NCBI RefSeq assembly: GCF_000196355.1
Contig: NC_007614.1
Location: 3,120,001 to 3,152,000 of the forward strand
Origin: Nitrosospira multiformis ATCC 25196
GTDB taxonomy: Bacteria > Pseudomonadota > Gammaproteobacteria > Burkholderiales > Nitrosomonadaceae
Length of the DNA stretch: 32,000 bases
Direction: 5' to 3'
The position numbers and the translations under genes are program-made. Below the pieces are notes generated by a model. That model searched no databases. It saw nothing but the letters and a program-made list of their open reading frames with translations, and had not been told where the DNA came from. Each line of letters starts with the position of its first letter. Position 1 is the first letter of the stretch. Shown here piece by piece: positions 1-7,330 of the stretch.

Positions 1-451
1 GCTTGACCGAACGGGCCGCAGGGCCTTCGCCGATCATGATGTCTAGCTGGTAATCCTCCAGTGCGGGATAGAGAATTTCCTCCACGACCGGGGAGAGACG
101 ATGGATTTCATCTATGAACAAAACATCGTTGGGCTCGAGATTGGTCAGCAGGGCCGCAAGATCGCCGGGACGTTCCAACACTGGGCCGGAGGTCTGGCGC
201 AGCCCCACGCCCATCTCCTTGGCAACGATGTGCGCAAGGGTGGTTTTACCAAGGCCGGGCGGACCAAACAGCAGTACATGATCGAGCGCTTCCCTGCGCC
301 GCCTGGCTGCCTCGATGAATATCTGTAGCTGTCCGCGAATTTTTTCCTGGCCTATGTATTCGGCCAGATGCTTCGGCCGCAGCGCCCGCTCCAGATCCTC
401 TTCTTTTAACGAGAGGGGCGCAGGGGTAATCAAGCGGTCTGTTTCTATCAT
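1..451 (-). CDS. ruvB: Holliday junction branch-migration helicase RuvB, N-terminal ~150 aa; the gene continues beyond the window start
   Basis: Reverse translation from ATG 451-449 reads [81 protein letters not shown]...[39 protein letters not shown]. Walker A (GPPGLGKT) and DEIH motifs are present. It lies downstream of ruvC-ruvA. It is absent from the ORF track because it runs off the window. Confidence 0.95.
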   Translation of the reverse strand, partial: MIETDRLITPAPLSLKEEDLERALRPKHLAEYIGQEKIRGQLQIFIEAARRRREALDHVLLFGPPGLGKTTLAHIVAKEMGVGLRQTSGPVLERPGDLAALLTNLEPNDVLFIDEIHRLSPVVEEILYPALEDYQLDIMIGEGPAARSVK

Positions 452-559
452 TCCCAATTCAAAAAGCGCTATCTCCGCCAGGTTTTCTGCTGATCGAATT
501 GAATCGGCGACCGGAGCGATAATCTGAAGGACAGGCTTTCCCCACCGCCGACAAAGACG

Positions 560-1153
560 TTATTTCTCTTTTGACAAGAACTTCAGTGCCTGTCTTATGC
601 CGTCCGAAACGGAAAGATCCACGGATAGCTGACTGACCGCCCAATTGGCCTCGCGATCATTATACCCTAGAGACAACAGGGCATTCAGCACATCGCTTCC
701 CATCGTTGAGGGCCGCCGGGCTCCCGCTGCGCCTGGAATCGCGGATACGCCCAAGTCAAGCTTGTCGCGCAATTCCAGCAGCAAGCGCTCTGCCGTCTTC
801 TTGCCGATGCCGGGAATCCTGATCAGACGGGCAGGATCCTGATTGGACACTGTCTGATGCAAGTCAGCCACGCTCAGACCGGATAGCAAAGCCAGCGCGG
901 TTCTCGCCCCAACACCGGAAATTTTTACGAGCTGGCGAAATGCCTGCCGCTCGCCTTCCGTAGCGAAACCGAAAAGCAAATGCGCGTCTTCGCGTACGAC
1001 GAAATGAGTGTGGAGCGTGATTTGCGTCCCGACGGCCGGCAGGTTGTAGAACGTGCTCATGGGTACGTCGATCTCATAGCCCACACCCTGGACATCAACC
1101 AGCACCAGCGGGGGAAATTTTTCCAGCAGGAGTCCGCTTATTCTCCCGATCAT
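560..1153 (-). CDS. ruvA: Holliday junction DNA helicase subunit RuvA
   Basis: Lies within track ORF 560..1228. The conserved RuvA N-terminus [35 protein letters not shown] starts at the internal ATG 1153-1151, which overlaps the ruvC stop (ATGA). An HhH motif [16 protein letters not shown] is present. Confidence 0.93.
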   Translation of the reverse strand: MIGRISGLLLEKFPPLVLVDVQGVGYEIDVPMSTFYNLPAVGTQITLHTHFVVREDAHLLFGFATEGERQAFRQLVKISGVGARTALALLSGLSVADLHQTVSNQDPARLIRIPGIGKKTAERLLLELRDKLDLGVSAIPGAAGARRPSTMGSDVLNALLSLGYNDREANWAVSQLSVDLSVSDGIRQALKFLSKEK

Positions 1154-1668
1154 ATGAGACGCCCCTGTTTTACCCGGTAACCGGCGGTCGACAGGGCACC
1201 CAGTCCCAAGCCTCCATGGGCATGGCAAATAGCACAGGCAAGGGCATCGGCGGCATCCGATGCAGGCTGACCGGAGAGGCGCAATAACCGTCTTACCATT
1301 TCCTGTACCTGTTCTTTCCGCGCGTGGCCTTCACCGACCACCGCCTGCTTGATCTGCAGCGCCGTATACTCTGCAACGGACAGGTTATTCAGCACTGCCG
1401 TGCATATCGCCGCTCCCCGCGCCTGCCCGAGCATCAAGGTGGATTTGGGATTGACGTTGACAAACACCTGCTCGATCGCGACATGGTCAGGCTTGTGTTC
1501 CGCGATGACTTCGTTGAGGTGATCCATGATGGATTTGAGGCGCAACGGCAATTCACCCTCTACTGTCCTGATGCGGCCACTGCTGACGTAGACCAGTTTG
1601 CCGCCGGTTTTGTCGATGATTCCAAAACCGGTTAGCCGCAGACCTGGGTCTATACCTAGTATACGGAT
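1150..1668 (-). CDS. ruvC: Crossover junction endodeoxyribonuclease RuvC, with a proposed non-canonical ATC start
   Basis: Track ORF 1150..1551 starts at a TTG. The same open frame upstream encodes [39 protein letters not shown], the conserved RuvC N-terminus with the catalytic Asp. There is no ATG/GTG/TTG between the upstream stop (1716-1714) and 1551. ATC 1668-1666 occupies the usual Met position, and AAGG lies 7 nt upstream of it. Confidence 0.85.
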   Translation of the reverse strand: MRILGIDPGLRLTGFGIIDKTGGKLVYVSSGRIRTVEGELPLRLKSIMDHLNEVIAEHKPDHVAIEQVFVNVNPKSTLMLGQARGAAICTAVLNNLSVAEYTALQIKQAVVGEGHARKEQVQEMVRRLLRLSGQPASDAADALACAICHAHGGLGLGALSTAGYRVKQGRLI

Positions 1669-1705
1669 TTTATTGCCTTTTATTTTCCGGGCGGAAAACC
1701 CCTGC

Positions 1706-2428
1706 TCAGTCGATCACCGCGGTTGTATAGACTTCCTGTACATCGTCGATGCTTTCCAAAGCATCGAGCAGCTTTTGCATTTTTACCGAATCGTCCCCGG
1801 TCAATTCGGTTTCATTGACGGGCTTCATGGTCACTTCGGCGAGTTCCGCCTTGAACCCTGCTTTTTCCAGCGCTTCCTTCACCGCGACAAATTCGTACGG
1901 CGCGGTGATGACTTCGATGCTGCCATCATCATGGGCGATAATGTCCTCGGCGCCGGCTTCCAGGGCTACTTCCATCAGTTTGTCTTCATCCGTGCCCGGC
2001 GCAAACAGCAACTGGCCACAGTGCTTGAAAAGAAAACCAACCGAACCGTCCGTGCCAAGGTTACCGCCGTATTTGGTAAAAGCGTGACGCACGTCCGCCA
2101 CGGTACGCACTCGATTGTCGGTCATGCAATCGACCAGCACAGCCGCACCGGCAATGCCGTAACCTTCGTAACGTATTTCTTCGTAATTCACGCCCTCCAG
2201 ATCGCCACTGCCGCGCTTGATCGCGCGCTCGACGTTTTCCTTGGGCATGTTCTGCTCATAAGCCTTGTCGACAGCCAGACGCAACCGCGGATTGCTGTTC
2301 GGATCCCCGCCGCCGAGTCTCGCGGCAACGGTAATTTCCTTGATGAGACGGGTGAAAATCTTGCCGCGCTTCGCATCCTGCGCGGCTTTCTTATGCTTGA
2401 TATTAGCCCACTTGCTGTGACCAGCCAT
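1706..2428 (-). CDS. yebC: YebC/PmpR family DNA-binding transcriptional regulator
   Basis: 240 aa beginning [56 protein letters not shown], the canonical YebC N-terminus. It sits upstream of ruvCAB, as is typical. Confidence 0.95.
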   Translation of the reverse strand: MAGHSKWANIKHKKAAQDAKRGKIFTRLIKEITVAARLGGGDPNSNPRLRLAVDKAYEQNMPKENVERAIKRGSGDLEGVNYEEIRYEGYGIAGAAVLVDCMTDNRVRTVADVRHAFTKYGGNLGTDGSVGFLFKHCGQLLFAPGTDEDKLMEVALEAGAEDIIAHDDGSIEVITAPYEFVAVKEALEKAGFKAELAEVTMKPVNETELTGDDSVKMQKLLDALESIDDVQEVYTTAVID

Positions 2429-2590
2429 AATTCTATGCCCTGAGTTCCTTATTGAGTCCTTGGGTGAGTCCTTTGCTGAAGTGGTGCAATGTTATCACCC
2501 CCCGTCTCCAGCATAAAGCCGACAAGGAGGCGTTCCGCAAGCGGCCCTCCCTGGTCGATAATCGGACTTACTGGTTTCAAACTTACCGGT

Positions 2591-3727
2591 TCAAATCGCC
2601 CTATGCGGCCACTGGTAGGGCGTCACATCGAGCGGCTGGAGCTTGCCCAGAATCATGTTGGCGATAAGCTGCGCACTGCCGGGGGCCATGGTGACACCGT
2701 AGCGATAATGACCGCTGTTGAGATACAGGTTGGAGATCGCCGGATGCATGGAAATCACAGGTATGTTATGAGGTGAAGCGGGCCGCAGGCCTGCCCAATG
2801 CGCGGCAATCATCTCTTCAGCAAGAACAGGAATCAGGGCTTGCGCCCTTGCAAGCAATGTTTCTCGCGCTTCGGGCGTTGTACTCTTGTCGAAACCTGCT
2901 TCCTCCAGGGTGCTGCCTGCAAGTATGTGTCCATCCCGGCGGGGGATGAGATAAAAATTGTCCCGCTCATCGAACACCATGGGCTCGAGCAATCCTGGCT
3001 GGGCCTTGAACAACAGAATCTGGCCGCGGACCGGCCAAGCTTCCAGCGCTGCCGCATGCTCAGCCAGAAGCCCCCTGCTCCATGCCCCCGCGGCAACAAC
3101 ATATTGACCTGCGGAATGACGCTCGCCCGCCACGGTATGGATGGATTGGACGTATCCCCGTTCGATTTTCCACCCGGCAACCTCGGCATGCTCGAGGACT
3201 TTACCGCCAAGCATCTTCACCGCCCTTATCAACGCCTGCAGCAAACGTGGATTTCTTACCTGGCATACTTCGGGCAGCCAGAGCGCAGCCGTGTCACGGG
3301 AGAGCGAAGGGGCTATTTGGCTGGACTGAACCTCCTGCACGGGTATGGCGTGACGCGCGCACCAGTGCTTGGCCAGAAGCATCCGGCTGCACATATCAAA
3401 CGTCCCCGGTTCGACATAGGCCTGGGAGGAAGAATCGGGCAGCACCAGCATGCCGCTTGCCTGATATTCCGGATCGACGCCCGTTTCCGCCTGCAACGCA
3501 TCAACAAATCGAGGAAACAGATGAGCACTAAACTGTGTAAGCTGTGTAACCGCTTCCGGATAGTCCCATGGCAGCAACGGCGAGAGTATGCCGGCGCCCG
3601 CCCAGGAGGCTTCCTGCCCGCAAAGATTGCGCTCAAGTACGGAAACTGTCGCGCCCGAACGCAATAATTCCCACGCGGTGGCAAGCCCGACGATGCCGCC
3701 ACCCATCACCATCACATCGCTGCTCAA
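2591..3727 (-). CDS. FAD-dependent oxidoreductase, glycine oxidase (ThiO)/D-amino-acid oxidase-like
   Basis: 378 aa with the N-terminal Rossmann motif VMVMGGGIVGLATAWELLRSGATVSVLER and the C-terminal GHYRYGVTMAPGSAQLI typical of the ThiO/DAO family. TTG start at 3727 is preceded by GAAGGA. No thiS/thiG neighbours and no TPP riboswitch were seen, so the ThiO assignment is tentative. Confidence 0.75.
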   Translation of the reverse strand: MSSDVMVMGGGIVGLATAWELLRSGATVSVLERNLCGQEASWAGAGILSPLLPWDYPEAVTQLTQFSAHLFPRFVDALQAETGVDPEYQASGMLVLPDSSSQAYVEPGTFDMCSRMLLAKHWCARHAIPVQEVQSSQIAPSLSRDTAALWLPEVCQVRNPRLLQALIRAVKMLGGKVLEHAEVAGWKIERGYVQSIHTVAGERHSAGQYVVAAGAWSRGLLAEHAAALEAWPVRGQILLFKAQPGLLEPMVFDERDNFYLIPRRDGHILAGSTLEEAGFDKSTTPEARETLLARAQALIPVLAEEMIAAHWAGLRPASPHNIPVISMHPAISNLYLNSGHYRYGVTMAPGSAQLIANMILGKLQPLDVTPYQWPHRAI

Positions 3728-3840
3728 AAATTATTCCTTCAACAAGCCTCCGCACAGAATAACAAAAGCGGTTCTGTGATGAAACGCAATTCGAGCAGCT
3801 GTTTACAAAACCGACGAGTTCTACAAGGCGGTCAAAAAAC

Positions 3841-3869
3841 TTTATATCGGGAGAGTGAGCCGGTATAAT
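3841..3869 (+). promoter_or_regulatory. Putative sigma-70 promoter of tRNA-Lys
   Basis: Perfect -10 TATAAT at 3864-3869, 20 nt upstream of the tRNA 5' end. TTTATA at 3841-3846 is a weak -35 with a 17-nt spacer. Confidence 0.35.
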
Positions 3870-3889
3870 GCACGTCCCTTCACACCTGT

Positions 3890-3965
3890 GGGCCGTTAGC
3901 TCAGCCGGTAGAGCAGCGGACTTTTAATCCGTTGGTCGGCAGTTCGAATCTGCCACGGCCTACCA
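3890..3965 (+). tRNA. tRNA-Lys (anticodon UUU)
   Basis: 76 nt folded by hand into a cloverleaf: acceptor GGGCCGT/ACGGCCT, D arm GCTC..GAGC, anticodon arm GCGGA-CTTTTAA-TCCGT (anticodon TTT), T arm GGCAG-TTCGAAT-CTGCC, and an encoded CCA. It is very similar to E. coli tRNA-Lys. Confidence 0.95.
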
Positions 3966-3990
3966 AATAATCAATCGCTTGTGACTTATT

Positions 3991-4015
3991 AGGAACTGGG
4001 ATTCCTTTTGTTTTT
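3991..4015 (+). terminator. Weak intrinsic terminator after tRNA-Lys
   Basis: AGGAA-CTGGGA-TTCCT hairpin (5-bp stem) followed by TTTGTTTTT. Confidence 0.35.
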
Positions 4016-4180
4016 CCAGAATGGAACCATTTTGTAACCCCATCAGCCTTTTTTCAGTCAGTTCCAAAAAATTTGGGACTGCTTGTTTTGCGGGACCTCC
4101 TTAAATTTAAGAAGACCCACAAACCTAAAACCTAAAATCGTAAGACGGTTGAGCGCCAGATGATCTCGGCTCAGTTTTTC

Positions 4181-4999
4181 CTACTGCACGCCCTCAAGTT
4201 CAGCTGGAACTAACTCGCTTTCTCTTTCCCCCTTTCCCCCTTCCTTCACATTCTTGCGGGCTCTGTTGTTTTTTGATGTGATACGCGCAATTTTCTTCTT
4301 TGCTTCGATAGCCTTTTCTCCCTCCATTACCTCACGCTTTATAACCTCGGCTGTTAGTACGTCGCGAATTTGATCTGTGTCAATACGAACATCAGGCGAA
4401 ATGCGGCGTAACTCCCGTCGAATGACATCAAGAACCGGATCGGTCTGAAGGATTGCTCCTATAAAGAAACGAGATAATGCCTGCTTTTGCAAGTGGTATT
4501 CGCTCAGTACTGATCGTTGCCACCCTTCCTTACAGCACAAATAAAGCAATTCAACATCGGTTAAAGACCGTGAATTCAGTGCGGCGAAATCTATGCTTAC
4601 CACCAGTTCCTGATTTATCGGTTTTGAGAAAATGACGCGATAAACACGCCAACACATTCCGTTTGTAAGCAAAACCCAATCCACCCCTTGATTGGCAGCA
4701 TAATCTACAGCCTGTTTCAGATGATTATCTTTGAGATCAATTCCAATTGCCTTTACTTCAATAAGCGTTTGAAGTGTGCCGTCTATCTTGATTCCAAGAT
4801 CACAATACGTACCTCGGATAGCATATTCAGATGTAATTTCCACATACTTATCAAAGCCAAAAATATCGGCCAACATATCCTTGATAATTGTAACTGTGTC
4901 AGCTTCTCCAGCGTCTCTTGTTTTCGCCGCCGCCAGAATCGGTTGGTATTGTTTTATACCCGACATAATCCTATCGGTTATTTTTTTTGAGATTGACAT
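4181..4999 (-). CDS. Stand-alone HSDR_N-type (type I restriction R-subunit N-terminal-like) PD-(D/E)xK nuclease-fold protein with an unassigned C-terminal half
   Basis: 272 aa. Motifs GEADT (32-35), E58, D67 and E81-V-K83 lie in ...ITSEYAIRGTYCDLGIKIDGTLQTLIEVKAIG..., followed by QAVDYAANQGVDWVLLTNGMCWRVY. GGAG lies 8 nt before ATG 4999. The gene is AT-rich (23/60 G+C in line 4741-4800). Confidence 0.7.
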   Translation of the reverse strand: MSISKKITDRIMSGIKQYQPILAAAKTRDAGEADTVTIIKDMLADIFGFDKYVEITSEYAIRGTYCDLGIKIDGTLQTLIEVKAIGIDLKDNHLKQAVDYAANQGVDWVLLTNGMCWRVYRVIFSKPINQELVVSIDFAALNSRSLTDVELLYLCCKEGWQRSVLSEYHLQKQALSRFFIGAILQTDPVLDVIRRELRRISPDVRIDTDQIRDVLTAEVIKREVMEGEKAIEAKKKIARITSKNNRARKNVKEGGKGERESELVPAELEGVQ

Positions 5000-5493
5000 C
5001 TGCTTTTCTCCGCTTTTAATGTTCGAAAGTAGTTAACGATCAGTTTCCTGTTCTCTTTATTATTTACTTTCCGCTCCTCCCATCTTGTCAATTTGACAGA
5101 GCATCGAGTTTACAACTTCCTACGCTGATTTTTTCGTGTACATGGTTAACTTGTACATTACCTTACCCTTCCTCGAGAGTAGGCTTGCCAGCGGTACCTA
5201 CCCGCCTTCACCATTGAGACCGGTGATGAAAGCATGGAATCCTTCGCCCGTGTAAGACATTCCTACCACCTGCCCAGCAGGAAAAGTGGATAGACTACTT
5301 TTTCTCGGGTAAAAACTGCCTCGTGCAACTTGTAAGCGTTGCCCCATGCCGGTGAGACTGGAATTCAAGTGCGCCGCGGCCGCAAGCTTTGCGGATTACA
5401 GGCCATGACAGGAAAGCCAAGCGACTGGCATGCCTGTGACGAGCGGCAAACGAGCCGGAAAAATTTTCGCAGTATTGTTTCTGGCCAACCAGG

Positions 5494-5675
5494 ATGGGGC
5501 AAAAAGGCGATCTGTCGCGCTTTGTTGAAGAAGCAGGGAGCGAAGCAGATTTTGCCTCGATGGTCGATGAAGCCCTGCAATGGGCACACAAACCCTGATG
5601 CGGGAGGTGCTGGATACAAATATTCTCTTTTCTCTTCAGTGCCTTGATCTCACCGTAATGGAAAGCCTCACGTAA
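5494..5675 (+). pseudogene. Decayed toxin-antitoxin remnant: a short upstream ORF plus a truncated PIN-domain (VapC-like) toxin N-terminus
   Basis: ATG 5598 opens MREVLDTNILFSLQCLDLTVMESLT*, with the stop at 5673-5675. M-R-x-V-L-D-T-N-I-L is the typical PIN N-terminus carrying the first catalytic Asp. The upstream ORF 5494-5598 (MGQKGDLSRFVEEAGSEADFASMVDEALQWAHKP*) overlaps it in a TGATG junction. Both are far too short to be functional. Confidence 0.4.
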
Positions 5676-5851
5676 TCTATCTAATCTATCGCCCGTGGTG
5701 ATCCACACGCTTCTAGATTGTGACGGTCCGCTTGCAGTTGGATGAAATTCGCCGGGGCCAGTAGTCAAAAATATGCCCTTTCATATCGAAGGATCGTTAA
5801 AATCGTAGGTGAACTTAGGTAGAGTTTTGAATCTATCAGGAGATCATCTCA

Positions 5852-7291
5852 GTGAACAAAGAGAAAGCTACGGCACCAGGACGAGTAAATAAAAAACTGT
5901 TGTCAGCTATCGAGAAACAGAGGGTAACAGCGCTCGGACTTTCACATGCGAAGCTTCGCCCAGAGAGGATTCTGGACGGTATTACTGATGCGTTTTATAC
6001 CTTGGATCGCGAATGGCGCTTCACGTGCCTAAATAAGGAAGCAGAAAATCTGCTGCGACGCTCTCGCAGTGATCTTCTGGGCAAGGTGATCTGGGAAGAA
6101 TTCAAGGAGGCAGTAGGAACAATCTTCGATCATGAATGCCGCCGGGCGCTCGTGGAAAATACCACAGTGAAATTTGAAAACTTCTACGCTCCTCTAGACG
6201 GCTGGTTCGAGGTACACGTTTATCCTTTGGAAGATGGTCTGGCTGTTTATTTTAATGACATTACGAAGCGTAAACAATCTGAGCAGGCGCGCCAGGAGGC
6301 CGAGGCCCGCATTCGCCAGCAGGCTTCCCTGCTTGATAAGGCAACCGACGCGATCATTGTTCACGGAATCGATCATCGCATTCAGTTTTGGAATCAGGGC
6401 GCGCAGCGGTTATACGGATGGACCCCTGAAGAGGTCCTCGGTAAATCCATAGAGATGCTGTATGACAATCCCTTAGCCTTCCATGAAGCGAGCAAATTGC
6501 TATTGAATAAAGGCGAATGGAGGGGGGAGATCGCACAGCGGCGCAAAGATGGGAGTATATTGCTTGCTGAAGCACACTGGACTTTGGTTAAAAATGACGA
6601 GGGGCAAGCGCAATCTGTTTTCGCAATCAACACCGATATTACCCAGCGCAAGATGGCGGAAAACAAAATCGAACACCTCGCCTTCTATGATTCCTTGACC
6701 GGATTGCCCAATAGGCAACTCCTGCTGGACCGGCTGAGTCAGGCACTCTCGGCGAGAGCCCGGAAACATCGCATGGGCGCGTTACTGTTTATCGACCTCG
6801 ATAACTTTAAATTACTCAATGATACGTTCGGCCACGATTTGGGGGACCTGTTGCTGCAGCAGCTGGCTCCTCGCCTGATCTCCTGCATACGGGAAAGCGA
6901 CACGGTCGCTCGCCTGGGCGGCGACGAGTTTGTAGTAATACTGATAACGGACTTTAGCGAAAATTATGAAGAATCCCTTGCTCAGATAAAGGCCATTTGC
7001 GAGAGGATTCACAGCGCATTCAATCAGCCTTTTAATCTCCGTGCATATAAACATCACAGCACGGCGAGCATCGGCGTCGTACTATTTAACGATCAATCGC
7101 ACACGACAGACGAGTTGCTCAAGCAGGCGGATCTCGCGATGTATCAGGCAAAAGCATCAGGCCGCAACGCAATGTGCTTTTTCGATCCGGACGCAAGCGG
7201 CAATGAATGCCTGCACCCTTCTGGAGGCGGATTTGCACAAAAGCTGGAAGAGAAACGAATTTGTTCTCCATTATCAGCCCCGGATGGATAG
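5852..7291 (+). CDS. PAS/PAC-PAS/PAC-GGDEF diguanylate cyclase; the reading frame ends inside a broken EAL-domain linker
   Basis: 479 aa with a GTG start at 5852 and AGGAG 9 nt upstream. Two PAS/PAC modules are present (…FYTLDREWRFTCLNKEAENLL…, …IIVHGIDHRIQFWNQGAQRLYGW…TDITQRK). The GGDEF domain has an intact GGDEF (6917-6931) and an RESD I-site (6890-6901) five residues upstream. Confidence 0.9.
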   Translation: MNKEKATAPGRVNKKLLSAIEKQRVTALGLSHAKLRPERILDGITDAFYTLDREWRFTCLNKEAENLLRRSRSDLLGKVIWEEFKEAVGTIFDHECRRALVENTTVKFENFYAPLDGWFEVHVYPLEDGLAVYFNDITKRKQSEQARQEAEARIRQQASLLDKATDAIIVHGIDHRIQFWNQGAQRLYGWTPEEVLGKSIEMLYDNPLAFHEASKLLLNKGEWRGEIAQRRKDGSILLAEAHWTLVKNDEGQAQSVFAINTDITQRKMAENKIEHLAFYDSLTGLPNRQLLLDRLSQALSARARKHRMGALLFIDLDNFKLLNDTFGHDLGDLLLQQLAPRLISCIRESDTVARLGGDEFVVILITDFSENYEESLAQIKAICERIHSAFNQPFNLRAYKHHSTASIGVVLFNDQSHTTDELLKQADLAMYQAKASGRNAMCFFDPDASGNECLHPSGGGFAQKLEEKRICSPLSAPDG

Positions 7292-7330
7292 CAGCGACTT
7301 ATGGGGGCCGAAGCGCTCATTCGGTGGCAG
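7203..7330 (+). pseudogene. Remnant of the EAL (c-di-GMP phosphodiesterase) domain, frame-shifted and truncated
   Basis: MNACTLLEADLHKSWKRNEFVLHYQPRMD is read in the +1 frame (7203-7289). GAEALIRWQ is read back in the GGDEF gene's frame (7304-7330). No EAL motifs follow RWQ. Confidence 0.6.

Noticed and set aside
1598-3667. Long plus-strand ORFs 1598..2443 (281 aa) and 2798..3667 (289 aa)
   Set aside because: They lie fully antisense to the well-supported yebC and FAD-oxidase genes. Their translations are Arg/Gly/His-rich with no recognisable motif. These are typical shadow ORFs of GC-rich coding DNA.
3728-3889. TPP riboswitch expected upstream of a thiO-like gene
   Set aside because: I read the leader on the minus strand. 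Neither the CTGAGA box nor the ACCTGATCTGGATAATGCCAGCG-like core is present.
4124-4137. CCTAAAA x2 tandem repeat, checked as a possible CRISPR or microsatellite
   Set aside because: There are only two 7-bp copies. No repeat-spacer architecture exists anywhere in the window, so no CRISPR array is present.
5295-5768. 157-aa minus-strand ORF and overlapping 60-100-aa ORFs in the islet
   Set aside because: No start context and no recognisable domain. It is antisense to the PIN N-terminus motif and its coupled upstream ORF. 'WITTGDRLDRL' faintly recalls a PIN C-terminus but is too short to trust.
5825-5840. Possible degenerate attR: TTTGAATCTATCAGGA versus the tRNA 3' region TTCGAATCTGCCACGG (11/16 identical)
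   Set aside because: The match is essentially the GAATCT core. By a rough binomial estimate, one or two such 11/16 matches are expected by chance within a few kb. The flanking bases do not extend the alignment.
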